Positions 1 through 9,797 of a stretch of DNA of 64,000 nt are shown here, in pieces. Both the position numbers and the translations under genes were made by a program. How positions within the stretch are numbered: position 1 is the first letter of the stretch; every line of letters starts with the position of its first letter. The notes below the pieces were generated by a model. The model did no database searches and was not told the origin of the DNA. It saw only the letters and a program-made list of their open reading frames with translations. The stretch is from positions 124,001-188,000 of IMG/VR virus record IMGVR_UViG_3300033984_000473. One strand, given 5' to 3'.

Positions 1-33
1 TAGTTTTTCATATTGTTTGTTTTTATTATAATA

Positions 34-41
34 CAAAGGTA
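34..41 (-). promoter_or_regulatory. Bacteroidota sigma-A type -7 promoter box TAnnTTTG (TACCTTTG); representative of about 25 copies
   Basis: Plus-strand caaaggta/caaagata/caaatata recurs just upstream of minus-strand genes (near 34, 4995, 8297, 9280, 20491, 23960, 28084, 30970, 34806, 36557, 41681, 43567, 47098, 49050, 51180, 51698, 53104, 54547, 55478, 55687, 58119, 58770, 60302, 63221), often with TTG(AC) about 20 nt further upstream. Matches the known Bacteroides/Flavobacterium consensus. Confidence 0.85.
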
Positions 42-56
42 CAACCTTTTTTTTTA

Positions 57-1103
57 TTATGCAAGTATTTTTTCTAAAATTTCTTCTTTTTTATAATCTT
101 TTTCTAAAGACTTGGCAAAGAATACTTTATCAGTAGTCATACCTTCTGTTAATTCAGCTAATTCTATGTTACCATCTAGTATTTCTAGACGTTTTGCGTA
201 GGATGGGCCAGTTATTTCCCTAACGAACTTCATTCTAGACGGTCTATTCTTGATTGAATCATCGATTTTTTCGATATCATTACATGACATAACGAACAAA
301 ACCTTGTTATACTCATTGTAAACTCCATCTAAGATACTTAATATAACGTCAAACGTAAATTTTACTTCATTATTCTTCATCAAACATGTTCTTTTATCGA
401 AATAGTTATCAAAATCTTCAAATAATACGATACAATTCTCTGGTACATCGTTAAACATCACCAATATATCCAAGTTATTATACTCTGGGTTAAGATAAAT
501 CGAATATATCGGTAAATTATACTTAAGAGAGAAGTATTTTACTAGTCTAGTCTTACCAGTTCCAGGAACACCATGTAATAAAGCACTTGTTTTACCACCG
601 TTTTTTAGCATATTGACAACATCATTCTCTATATCACTATATTGTTCGTTATCTATATACACTTTAGGTACTTCTCTAGTATATATCTGCCCTAACTTAT
701 CTGACCCCCATGGTGTCAACGCCATAACATTGACATGTTCCTCGTTGTTGACTATAGAGTGTATGAATTTCTCTACCTTATCTCTATGCCATCTTAAAAA
801 ATATAGCTCAGATATGATTTCTTTGGACTGCCAACCAGCTGTAAGCAAACGCTCACTTCTAGAAAACAAAACTGGAATACCATTTACGATAGCAAAAGCC
901 GAATAAGTAGATGGGTATTTTTTGTTAACAGTAATCTCGTTAACCAACTCAAACTTATATTTCGCACCTTTAACCAATGGTATTATCAACTTGCTCAAAT
1001 TGTTATCAAGTCTTGTATTTTGTGACACAAGATATTTCATTGCAGCCCAAATAGAAACCAATACACTTAATAAAACTCCAAATATTCCTAATAATCCTGT
1101 CAT
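57..1103 (-). CDS. AAA+ ATPase with N-terminal TM helix (BCS1-like)
   Basis: Walker A GVPGTGKT, Walker B LFEDFD, SRH-like RPSR; hydrophobic N-terminus. Confidence 0.8.
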   Translation of the reverse strand: MTGLLGIFGVLLSVLVSIWAAMKYLVSQNTRLDNNLSKLIIPLVKGAKYKFELVNEITVNKKYPSTYSAFAIVNGIPVLFSRSERLLTAGWQSKEIISELYFLRWHRDKVEKFIHSIVNNEEHVNVMALTPWGSDKLGQIYTREVPKVYIDNEQYSDIENDVVNMLKNGGKTSALLHGVPGTGKTRLVKYFSLKYNLPIYSIYLNPEYNNLDILVMFNDVPENCIVLFEDFDNYFDKRTCLMKNNEVKFTFDVILSILDGVYNEYNKVLFVMSCNDIEKIDDSIKNRPSRMKFVREITGPSYAKRLEILDGNIELAELTEGMTTDKVFFAKSLEKDYKKEEILEKILA

Positions 1104-1104
1104 A

Positions 1105-1335
1105 TTAGCATCTTAATGTTACTCCATCACTATCTTTACTCGGAAACGATGGTGCTGAATGTGTTTGGTTTAATTCTAATTGATGTTCTGGACCACCCAT
1201 GCTTGGGTCAATCTCATGCTTGAATACAAGATTCAAGTGTCTTTTAATCATTTCGGTTTCCACCTTCCCAATTTGAACTGGGTCTGAAACTTCGAAGTAT
1301 CCTTGAAGCCAGAATGCAAAATCTCTGCTTGTCAT
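1105..1335 (-). CDS. conserved phage hypothetical protein
   Basis: MTSRDFAFWLQGYFE N-terminus; tightly packed in operon. Confidence 0.7.
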   Translation of the reverse strand: MTSRDFAFWLQGYFEVSDPVQIGKVETEMIKRHLNLVFKHEIDPSMGGPEHQLELNQTHSAPSFPSKDSDGVTLRC

Positions 1336-1448
1336 AGTTATTGTTTTATATAGTTTTCATTTGAATCCAACACATACTCAATTAGAGTACCGCTATTTTT
1401 AATAATAAAGTTGGTTTTCTAGCGTATGGTCCTAAGTTATGTGCAAGG

Positions 1449-1631
1449 CTACTCCCCGACATAAGTCCACTTGAAATATAGGTTTACATAATCAAGTCCT
1501 GGTGCTACCGTAACATTATCTAAATACATATCCGATACGTCTCCAGCGTTCTTTTCAGTTTCTTGCGTAAACACTATATCATAATGCTCTGGAAACTCTT
1601 CTAAAATTGCTAATAATTCTTTCTTTGTCAT
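1449..1631 (-). CDS. hypothetical protein
   Basis: ORF with ATG on the operon strand. Confidence 0.6.
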   Translation of the reverse strand: MTKKELLAILEEFPEHYDIVFTQETEKNAGDVSDMYLDNVTVAPGLDYVNLYFKWTYVGE

Positions 1632-1761
1632 TTTGTTTTTAAATTTAATTCAGTGCTGATAATCCGCCCAGCACATAACAGCGGTTTTGCGTCAGTCTTT
1701 CTATTATAGTCATTCCAGAATGTATCATCTGGATTATAACTTGGATATTTATTACTCATTG

Positions 1762-2067
1762 TTAACCAAATTTAGGTTCTTGATGAACCACGTTAATATT
1801 TGGTTTTGTTTTTTTGACTGGCTTCTCGTAGTTTGGTAAGTAATCACCAAATTCTCTAAGCATATTTACCTTAGCTATGTAATGATATTTTATTTCAACA
1901 TCAAAGTCTTTAGCTAGGATATTCCAAGCTGTACCTTTTGTCATACCTTTATTAACCTTGCTAACTTTGGTCCAATCAGTAATATTACATTTAGCGTTGT
2001 TAAACATTAAAAGTAATTCTTGATTTGATACCATCATCCCAAGTCTTATCGCTTCAGACTTATTCAT
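1762..2067 (-). CDS. hypothetical protein
   Basis: ORF in operon. Confidence 0.7.
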   Translation of the reverse strand: MNKSEAIRLGMMVSNQELLLMFNNAKCNITDWTKVSKVNKGMTKGTAWNILAKDFDVEIKYHYIAKVNMLREFGDYLPNYEKPVKKTKPNINVVHQEPKFG

Positions 2068-2070
2068 TAT

Positions 2071-2529
2071 TTAACTATTTAATATTTTAACAATATTTTT
2101 AGCTTTTGCGAAGTCATCAATACCCAATTCTTTAAGAACCAAATAAGCTTTGAAGTCTTCATCAGAGTAATTTTCAATACCTTGAGTTTCCATAAATTCA
2201 AGTTTTGTTTTCAACAAATTATTCTTGATGTTTAAATCAGAAATTTCTTCTTCGTTTTCAATGATTTGATTTTTCAAGTCTTCCGAAGTTGATAATTGTG
2301 CCTTTAATTCGTACTCATACACCCAACCATCACCATTATAATCTTTACCATCTCTATGAGTCATAGATACTCGGTAAGAAGTTGTGTGTGAGTTATCAAC
2401 ACCAGTAACCTTAACTATAAATTTACTCATAGAAGTTCTTTCCGTACCACTAAAGTTAGACGTTGCGTATCCTTCTGGTGTTTTTAGAATCTCATAAGAT
2501 TCACCAATTTTAATTTTGTTTTTTCCCAT
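2071..2529 (-). CDS. hypothetical protein (C-terminal coiled coil)
   Basis: ORF; start moved to MGKNK after an A-rich leader. Confidence 0.65.
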   Translation of the reverse strand: MGKNKIKIGESYEILKTPEGYATSNFSGTERTSMSKFIVKVTGVDNSHTTSYRVSMTHRDGKDYNGDGWVYEYELKAQLSTSEDLKNQIIENEEEISDLNIKNNLLKTKLEFMETQGIENYSDEDFKAYLVLKELGIDDFAKAKNIVKILNS

Positions 2530-2576
2530 TTTTTGTTTGATTATAAACGTTATTATTTTTATTAATTCCCTCATTG

Positions 2577-2903
2577 TTATTCTACTTTATTTTTGTTATC
2601 TAAGATAAAGATTGCTGTGTCTTCCCAACTTTCATCATCATGAGCCATTATATATGAAATACCATCTTTCTCACCCATAAAGAATTCTTTACCACTAGCA
2701 CCCAAAGAAGATATTTGAAACGAGAAATAGTTATCCTCTAAATCTTCATCTTCTATTTGAATGTGCAATTCATCACCAACAATTTCCCATTTTTTATCTA
2801 ATAAAAGCTCTAATGGTGATTCATCACAATAACCCATTATTGTTTTTAATTCTTCAATGATAGCATCTCTTTCAGCTACGTGTTTTAAAATTCTGTCTTT
2901 CAT
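2577..2903 (-). CDS. hypothetical acidic protein
   Basis: ORF in operon. Confidence 0.7.
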   Translation of the reverse strand: MKDRILKHVAERDAIIEELKTIMGYCDESPLELLLDKKWEIVGDELHIQIEDEDLEDNYFSFQISSLGASGKEFFMGEKDGISYIMAHDDESWEDTAIFILDNKNKVE

Positions 2904-2904
2904 A

Positions 2905-3561
2905 TTATTCTGTTTTAGTTAATTCGATTTCTAAAGGCAAATTGCTCATTACATAGTCTAAGTTCAATACACTAGCATTCATAAACACACCGCCATCTGG
3001 GAAATCAACTCTACCATAAGCTTCATGTATGTGTCCGTGAACAAACAAAGCAAGGTTTGTCATTTCTGTTATTTTTTCTAACAAATAAGGACAACCTGTT
3101 GATGTTCCTCTTTTGGTTAAGTCCAAATAACCTTTGGCTGGACCATGTGTAATAAGAATATTGGTATCCAATGGAATCATATCCCAGTGAGCACAAATTT
3201 CAGTACCCTTACGATTAAATGCCCATGAATAGAACCATGGCTGAACTGGACTTCCCCAAATCTTAAACCCTTCAATCTCAACACCACTATCATTCAAGTA
3301 GATGATGTTAGGGTATTTCGCTAACATAGCTTCTATCTCATACTCTGGTGCTTGCTCAAAGAAGAAATCGTGATTACCAGCAATAAGAATCTTGTACTTA
3401 TATGGTAACTCATTATACCATGCTAAGAAAACTTCTATCTCTTGTTTGGTACCTCTACCAGAAACATCACCCGCATGGATTATACAATCACCCCCAGTCA
3501 AATACTTACTAGGGATGTGTTCGTGTTTTGAATGCGTATCGCTGATACATGTAATATTCAT
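2905..3561 (-). CDS. calcineurin-like metallophosphoesterase
   Basis: DTH, HAGD, GNHD, THGP, GHIHE motifs. Confidence 0.9.
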   Translation of the reverse strand: MNITCISDTHSKHEHIPSKYLTGGDCIIHAGDVSGRGTKQEIEVFLAWYNELPYKYKILIAGNHDFFFEQAPEYEIEAMLAKYPNIIYLNDSGVEIEGFKIWGSPVQPWFYSWAFNRKGTEICAHWDMIPLDTNILITHGPAKGYLDLTKRGTSTGCPYLLEKITEMTNLALFVHGHIHEAYGRVDFPDGGVFMNASVLNLDYVMSNLPLEIELTKTE

Positions 3562-4973
3562 TATGAAAAGTTTTCACTATTAGTGTTATCTTCCCATGAA
3601 CCACCAGCACCGCCACCACTGAATCCACCACCACCAAATCCATCAGTAAATCTTGGGTCTTGACCCTCATTAAACCCTTGGTCATCGTTATTTAACATAT
3701 CACCCAAAGCAGCACCTAAAACATCACCACCTATAGCTGTTCCTATAAGGCTTGAATCTGTGATGTAACCAATCACCATTGATTCAATGAAAGAATCATC
3801 TTGAGTTGGGTATTGTCTTCTCAAATCTCTACGTGCTTTATCCTTAAGTTCGTTGTCAAGTTTTTCTCTACGTTTAAATTCAGCTTCTCTTAAAGCCATA
3901 CGTTGATTGGTATCTGGAACAATGTTGTGTTTATGTTGCACCTCTGGGTACAACTCAGTGTAACTCATATCAACTGCCTTATAGTTTTTCGTACTACCAG
4001 TATCTTCTCTATGGTTCATGTATTGTTTAACATACTCATCATTATCAGTCACATATAAACCATTGGCATCTTTCTCAGTGATTCCTTTAGCAATCGGTGT
4101 GAAGTCTTGAATACGTTTCAAGTATTGACGCTTAGTGACATCACCATGCCAAATGTGATATAAGTCACCTTTAACATAACCTAATCTTTGTCCAACAACT
4201 CGTCTGAATTGTTCTGACCATTCGTTAACAGCATCAATATCATCGGTAAATGATTTTGTAATACATGAGTGACCGATTTGTCCAGCAGCAGCATGTGCCA
4301 TGATATGGTCTGCACCACCGATAAGAGCTTTGTCATATAATGGCATAGCATCTACAACACTTCGTCTAGCACCCCATGCAAATCCTACGTGACCATGACG
4401 GTCATAGTTAGAATCACTAGAGTAATCGGTTGTTGCGTAGTTGGCACCAAAGCTTCTCCACAACTTAGGATTTCTAAGTGATGGTGTTGCAACATCTCGT
4501 CTTTCAAACTCAACGTCAAAGTCTGGTTCAGTTTGGTCTTGGTCCAAGTGAACACAATATTCAAACAATTGAACCATTCTATTGTTTTTTGGTTGCAATT
4601 GCTCAACAGCATCAACCATCCAATTAAAGTTTGTGAATTTTACATCGGCATCAATCCAAAATACATATTTGAATTCTCTAGGTAAGTTTTTCATTACACC
4701 ATTTAACAAAGCTTCTTTATGCCAAAGAGTTGTATTTGTAGATACTCTTGTAATAAACTCAGTCAAAGGTAATTGTGGTTCTGAATCACCAATAACACAT
4801 TCCACGATTCTGTGGTTAAGGTGTTTGATTGATTCATAGAAGGTATTGAAGGCTGATAACCTATAAGGATTGTTTGTTGGGTTGTAGTAACACGCAACGA
4901 TTACAGCTTCTGGATGCGATTTGTATCTGTTAGGATAGAAAAAAAGATTGTAGAGTTTCTCTAAAAATTTCAT
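3561..4973 (-). CDS. glycosyltransferase-like protein with Gly-rich C-terminal tail
   Basis: WHKEALLN, WIDAD (DxD), GGAD, HIWHG; tail GFGGGGFSGGGAGGSW; start set at MKFLE downstream of the promoter box at ~4995. Confidence 0.65.
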   Translation of the reverse strand: MKFLEKLYNLFFYPNRYKSHPEAVIVACYYNPTNNPYRLSAFNTFYESIKHLNHRIVECVIGDSEPQLPLTEFITRVSTNTTLWHKEALLNGVMKNLPREFKYVFWIDADVKFTNFNWMVDAVEQLQPKNNRMVQLFEYCVHLDQDQTEPDFDVEFERRDVATPSLRNPKLWRSFGANYATTDYSSDSNYDRHGHVGFAWGARRSVVDAMPLYDKALIGGADHIMAHAAAGQIGHSCITKSFTDDIDAVNEWSEQFRRVVGQRLGYVKGDLYHIWHGDVTKRQYLKRIQDFTPIAKGITEKDANGLYVTDNDEYVKQYMNHREDTGSTKNYKAVDMSYTELYPEVQHKHNIVPDTNQRMALREAEFKRREKLDNELKDKARRDLRRQYPTQDDSFIESMVIGYITDSSLIGTAIGGDVLGAALGDMLNNDDQGFNEGQDPRFTDGFGGGGFSGGGAGGSWEDNTNSENFS

Positions 4974-5026
4974 TTGTTTTATTTTAAGTTCATACAAAGG
5001 TACTACTAATATTTTAAATAAACAAA

Positions 5027-5803
5027 TTATCCCCAACCTTTTTTTACTAATCTTTCAGAAGCTTCAATTACAGCTTCCTCATACCATTTATCATAAGAAG
5101 ATAAGATATATTTTGTGTGAAAATCACTTTCACCAGCAAAATTAGAAAGCATTTTTGTTTGACTCAAAGGCCCATGACCAATCCATGTTACAACCCAATT
5201 CTTGCTACCTAGTGTGACAATAAGTTGTGAGAAGAAATCGTTTAATTTATCACCAATTACAGTATTTGAATACCATTCATTCAACCAATTGGTTGCAAAT
5301 TTTTGTTGGTAATCGGTTTCGTAATCAATCCTTGATTGTAATGACTCAATCAAGGATTTACTACTATCGCCTTCTTTGTATAAACTAATCAATTCATTCA
5401 AGGTTGGTATAATGTATTTTTCTTTATAGAAATCATTAAAGAAGTTGGTTATAAATTCTTCATGGTACAATTGTTTTCTGGCACTGGTAAAATGATTAAG
5501 AGTTTCATTTAACATAATCATACTTCCATCAGAACCAGACGCTTTTTCCAAATAATCTGTAAGAACGTGTGTTAAGATTCTTTTCTTAGCGTTAAACCAA
5601 CGTTGGAAGTATTCGATTGAATTAACAGTTCCATCAATATCTGGACTCACAAACTCACCAAATATTTTTCTGTATACCAATACAAAATCTCTTGGACTTA
5701 TCTCTTTATAGCTATCTACTTCTGTAATAACAAAACTACTCTTTGAAGTTTTCACAGTATAGTTTTTTTCTAAAAACTCGGTAATTAATTTTTCATCTGT
5801 CAT
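5027..5803 (-). CDS. hypothetical protein
   Basis: 258-aa ORF; N-terminus EKLIxxFLxKNY shared with 9288..9767. Confidence 0.7.
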   Translation of the reverse strand: MTDEKLITEFLEKNYTVKTSKSSFVITEVDSYKEISPRDFVLVYRKIFGEFVSPDIDGTVNSIEYFQRWFNAKKRILTHVLTDYLEKASGSDGSMIMLNETLNHFTSARKQLYHEEFITNFFNDFYKEKYIIPTLNELISLYKEGDSSKSLIESLQSRIDYETDYQQKFATNWLNEWYSNTVIGDKLNDFFSQLIVTLGSKNWVVTWIGHGPLSQTKMLSNFAGESDFHTKYILSSYDKWYEEAVIEASERLVKKGWG

Positions 5804-5851
5804 TGGTTAAATCTTTTCACCAATATAACTCATACTAAAATAAAATAAAGA

Positions 5852-7771
5852 TTATAGATTGATTAATGATAAATTAATGTTCTTTTTCTCAATATCTACA
5901 CTAGATACAACCACATGAACCATATCACCAAGTCTTAATTTAGAACCAGTATTGTATCCTTTTACACAGTAATTAGCCATGTCAGCCGAATAAACATCAC
6001 CACCAATATCAGACAATTTGATAAGTCCTTCACACTTGTTTTCCAGGATTTCAACAAACACACCATACTCAGTAACCGAACTAATGATACCTTCAAACAC
6101 TTTACCAATGTTATCACTCATGTAAATACATTGCATGTACTTGATTGAATCTCTTTCAGCTTTTTGTGCTTTCTTTTCTCTCTCAGATAAGTGAAGACAT
6201 CTAGTTTCAAGCTTCTCTAACTTAGGCATAGTTGTTTTGTTCTCATCCAAATACAAACCTAACAACCTATGAACGATTACATCTGGGTAACGTCTGATTG
6301 GACTTGTAAAGTGTGAGTAGTCTTTAAACCCAAGACCATAGTGACCAATGTTTTTGGTTGTATAGTTTGCTTTCTGCATAGTTCTAACTACCAGATTATC
6401 AATCATATCCGACTCAGCAGTACCTCTTGAATCAACTAGCAACTGGTTAAGTGTTTTTGTTGTTTCTTCTGGGCTAGTTGTTCTAATCTCATAACCGAAT
6501 TGTTTAATGAACTCTTTAAGACTATCTAACTTAGTTTCGTTAGGTTTGTCGTGAGCTCTGTTAACATTTGGCAGTGCTCTTTTGTTAATGTATTGAGCAA
6601 CGTGTCTGTTAGCCAATAACATATATTCCTCGATAAGCTTGTTAGCATCTTTGGCAACCTTGAAGATGATACCTGTTGGTTTGTTGTTCTCGTCTAACTT
6701 GAACTTAACTTCTTGTTTATCAAAAGATATAGAACCCTTAGACAAACGAACCTTACGCATTTTTTGTGCTACTCTATTCAAATGTAAAACAGCGTACTCC
6801 AATTTACTAACTACTTTATCAGTACCACCTTTTGTTTCAATTATTGTTTGAGCTTCTTCATAAGTAAGTCTACAATCAGAGTTGATTACAGTTCTACCAA
6901 ACCATTCTTCTAACACATGTCCATTATGGTCCATTTTAAAGACAGCTGAGAAGCAAAGCTTATCTTCGTTAGGTCTTAACGAACATAGTCCGTTAGATAA
7001 GTTCTCTGGAAGCATAGGGACACATCTATCTACTAGGTAGACACTTGTTCCTCTAGCATACGCTTCTTTGTCTAATTCGGTATCTGGTCGTAAGTAATGT
7101 GATACATCGGCAATGTGAACACCCAAAAACAATTCACCGTTTACCCATTCAACACTCAAAGCATCATCAAAATCTTTTGCATCAGCTGGGTCGATGGTAA
7201 ATGTAAGTACATCACGCATATCTCTACGCTTATCAATTTCAGCTTGTGTAATCTCCGTTGATATTGCTCTGGCTTCTGCCAACACATCTTCTTCAAAGTC
7301 GTATGGTAAACCATATTCTTCAAGGATGCTATGGATTTCAGTTTCATGTTCACCAGAATTACCTAGAATTCTAATTACTTCACCATTAGGGTTCTTTGCG
7401 TTGTCTTTCCATTCAGTTAACTTAACAATAACCTTTTGACCTTCAGTCGCATTCATTGTTTTATTTAAAGGAACAAAGAAATCAATTGGAAGCTTGCTGC
7501 TATCTGGTACAAAGAAAGCAAACTTTTCACTCAATTGGAGTACACCAACGAATTCGGTTCTGAATCTCTCTACGATTTCAACAACTTCACCTTCTAAAGC
7601 TCTACCATTTCCAGTAATAACTTTTATTTTTACAGTATCTAAGTGTAACGCTTTGTTGGTGTTACTTTTGCTTAGATAAATGTCTTTTGGTAAATCTTGA
7701 CTTACCAAGTAAGCGGAGCCGCTAGCATTCATGCTAACTTTTCCTTCTAATATATCATCTATTTTAATCAT
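5852..7771 (-). CDS. rnr: ribonuclease R (RNB family)
   Basis: CSD domains, TIDPADAKDFDDALS catalytic motif, HFTSPIRRYPD, C-terminal S1. Confidence 0.95.
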   Translation of the reverse strand: MIKIDDILEGKVSMNASGSAYLVSQDLPKDIYLSKSNTNKALHLDTVKIKVITGNGRALEGEVVEIVERFRTEFVGVLQLSEKFAFFVPDSSKLPIDFFVPLNKTMNATEGQKVIVKLTEWKDNAKNPNGEVIRILGNSGEHETEIHSILEEYGLPYDFEEDVLAEARAISTEITQAEIDKRRDMRDVLTFTIDPADAKDFDDALSVEWVNGELFLGVHIADVSHYLRPDTELDKEAYARGTSVYLVDRCVPMLPENLSNGLCSLRPNEDKLCFSAVFKMDHNGHVLEEWFGRTVINSDCRLTYEEAQTIIETKGGTDKVVSKLEYAVLHLNRVAQKMRKVRLSKGSISFDKQEVKFKLDENNKPTGIIFKVAKDANKLIEEYMLLANRHVAQYINKRALPNVNRAHDKPNETKLDSLKEFIKQFGYEIRTTSPEETTKTLNQLLVDSRGTAESDMIDNLVVRTMQKANYTTKNIGHYGLGFKDYSHFTSPIRRYPDVIVHRLLGLYLDENKTTMPKLEKLETRCLHLSEREKKAQKAERDSIKYMQCIYMSDNIGKVFEGIISSVTEYGVFVEILENKCEGLIKLSDIGGDVYSADMANYCVKGYNTGSKLRLGDMVHVVVSSVDIEKKNINLSLINL

Positions 7772-7778
7772 TCAATTT

Positions 7779-8294
7779 TTAGTATTTTATGAACTGTTCA
7801 ATCAGTTCATTATATTTTTTTTCATCATTTTGTATCTTACCATAATACAACTTTGTCATCGGTTCGTATTCTTTTTGTTTCACTTTCAGATTTAATTGTT
7901 GTGTTTGCCACCATGGATAAATATCTCGATTAAAGTGATAAAACATCATACACGCATATCTATCTGCAATTATTTCTTCCTCGAAAATGTGTTCAGTAAA
8001 CTCTGTAAAGTCTTCAAAAGACAATTTTCGTAATATCTCACTTCTACCAAACTTAGTAATCCTTTTAAAATGAGCAACTTCGTGAACTATTATAAAGAAA
8101 ACCAGCTTATCACTATATTTGTCAATCAATTCAATATTCAAATATATACAATCCAGAGTGGCAATACCCAAAGGACCATTTAAACATCTGTCTTTAAAAG
8201 TTATACCACTATTTTCAATAAAGGTTACTAAATCGTTAAAATTTAATTTCCCATGCCTTGCTTTCAACGCTGTTATTATTGTTTCATCTATCAT
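7779..8294 (-). CDS. HExxH metallopeptidase-like protein
   Basis: HEVAH plus downstream EIIAD. Confidence 0.6.
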   Translation of the reverse strand: MIDETIITALKARHGKLNFNDLVTFIENSGITFKDRCLNGPLGIATLDCIYLNIELIDKYSDKLVFFIIVHEVAHFKRITKFGRSEILRKLSFEDFTEFTEHIFEEEIIADRYACMMFYHFNRDIYPWWQTQQLNLKVKQKEYEPMTKLYYGKIQNDEKKYNELIEQFIKY

Positions 8295-8329
8295 ACACAA
8301 AGATACTACAATTATTTGTTTATTGCAAT

Positions 8330-8354
8330 AAAAAAACCCACTAAATTTAGCGGG
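8330..8354 (-). terminator. intrinsic terminator
   Basis: CCCGCTAA-AT-TTAGTGGG hairpin followed by T-run on minus strand. Confidence 0.6.
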
Positions 8355-8362
8355 CCTCTATC

Positions 8363-8878
8363 TTAATGCCTATCAGCTGGCACTACATTTATCTTGAAAG
8401 TTTTAATTCTTCCGCTTGAAATTAGCTTATCACCAAATGCTTTGAATATTGGAATATGTTCCAATCTATCATCCCATAGTTCAATCTCAGTAACCTGTGG
8501 GTACTTATGTAGTAAAGATTCAATTGTTTTCATCTTAGCCACTTCTGTTGCACCACCTCTGTTGAAATGGTATTCATCAAACTCTAGGTTTTTGCTATCT
8601 AAGATTTCTTTAACTAGGTCAGTAAGTAGAACCATACGACCAGTAAGCATAACCATAACAGTTGATTGGTCTTGTTTTTCTACATTGTAAGCATCAATGA
8701 CCATTGGTACACTTGGCATGTCAAATATTTTCATATCTAAGCTTAGTGGTCTACCCCACCATCCTGGAAAAGGCCAATCTCTACCTGTCTGTTCTTTGTA
8801 ATGTTTCTTACCAAATTCTGGTAATGGTGTATCAACCAGTGTTCCGTCAAAATCGAATATCGATAATTTTGTTTTCAT
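8363..8878 (-). CDS. HAD phosphatase, Swiss-Army-Knife RNA-repair-like
   Basis: FDFDGTL, WW, LTGR, WDDR motifs. Confidence 0.8.
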   Translation of the reverse strand: MKTKLSIFDFDGTLVDTPLPEFGKKHYKEQTGRDWPFPGWWGRPLSLDMKIFDMPSVPMVIDAYNVEKQDQSTVMVMLTGRMVLLTDLVKEILDSKNLEFDEYHFNRGGATEVAKMKTIESLLHKYPQVTEIELWDDRLEHIPIFKAFGDKLISSGRIKTFKINVVPADRH

Positions 8879-8883
8879 AGTTT

Positions 8884-9264
8884 TTAATTTATGACCAACA
8901 ATCCGATTGTGATTACTATAAAAATCATTCCTAGTATGAATGACCCTTTATTTATTTTCACATAATCCTGTTGGTCTGTGGTTCCATTGGCCAATAGTGA
9001 CCCGTGTATTCTTTTTGTTGCTGAACCAATCAGTACTGCTGTTATCGGTCCATGTGCGTTAATAGTTTGTTTTAAAGCACCGTTTATTCTTTTCGTTTCA
9101 TATATCTTTTCCTTTCTCAATTTCTCGATTGAATCCAAGTTATTTTTCTCATAGTCATCTACTAACGTAAGAATGGTTTCTAGATTTGGTTTGGTTTTAT
9201 CTAATTCAATTTGAATCTTGCTACCTAATTTTCCTCGTCTAGTTTTTAATATGTTAAATTTCAT
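8884..9264 (-). CDS. hypothetical protein with C-terminal TM helix
   Basis: ORF; hydrophobic C-terminus. Confidence 0.7.
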   Translation of the reverse strand: MKFNILKTRRGKLGSKIQIELDKTKPNLETILTLVDDYEKNNLDSIEKLRKEKIYETKRINGALKQTINAHGPITAVLIGSATKRIHGSLLANGTTDQQDYVKINKGSFILGMIFIVITIGLLVIN

Positions 9265-9287
9265 TTTTCATTTCGTTTACAAAGGTA

Positions 9288-9767
9288 TTAATTATTTTTG
9301 AATAATCCTAATATTCTATAATAAATATTCTCTATAACTTCAATAATTTTATTTTTTATCTTTTCATACATAGTTTCTTGTTTGTATTGAAAATCCATAT
9401 AAAACAATTGACCAACTGGTGCTGACATAGGCTGAACTGGTACCAAATCCATGGCTATGGTTTGTGCGAACACTCTTCGAACCATTGGAAACGCTACGTT
9501 TTCAAATAAATTTTCAAGGGTTTGCCAGAAGAATTCTAAATCAATATCTGGTTTTATTTTGGTAGACCAAAGATGTATATAAAGCTTAGCTTCTTCTTCT
9601 TCAATGTTAAATACAGTGATTAACTCATTGGTTAGCTTGGTGCCGCAATGTGGTGTTTTAAATTTCCTATCATCGGAAAATGAGTATATTCCATCGTTAC
9701 CAACTTCGCTAGTATCAACGTAATAATTTTTTGACAAATAATCGTATATGAGTTTTTCCATATACAA
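9288..9767 (-). CDS. hypothetical protein carrying a T4 gp23-like major-capsid (Gol-region) segment
   Basis: AFPMVRRVFAQTIAMDLVPVQPMSAPVGQLFYMDF resembles the conserved gp23 VRR..D...VQPM..P.G motif. Confidence 0.7.
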   Translation of the reverse strand: MYMEKLIYDYLSKNYYVDTSEVGNDGIYSFSDDRKFKTPHCGTKLTNELITVFNIEEEEAKLYIHLWSTKIKPDIDLEFFWQTLENLFENVAFPMVRRVFAQTIAMDLVPVQPMSAPVGQLFYMDFQYKQETMYEKIKNKIIEVIENIYYRILGLFKNN

Positions 9768-9797
9768 TTATAGTCATAATAAAAATAAGTGTCAAGG

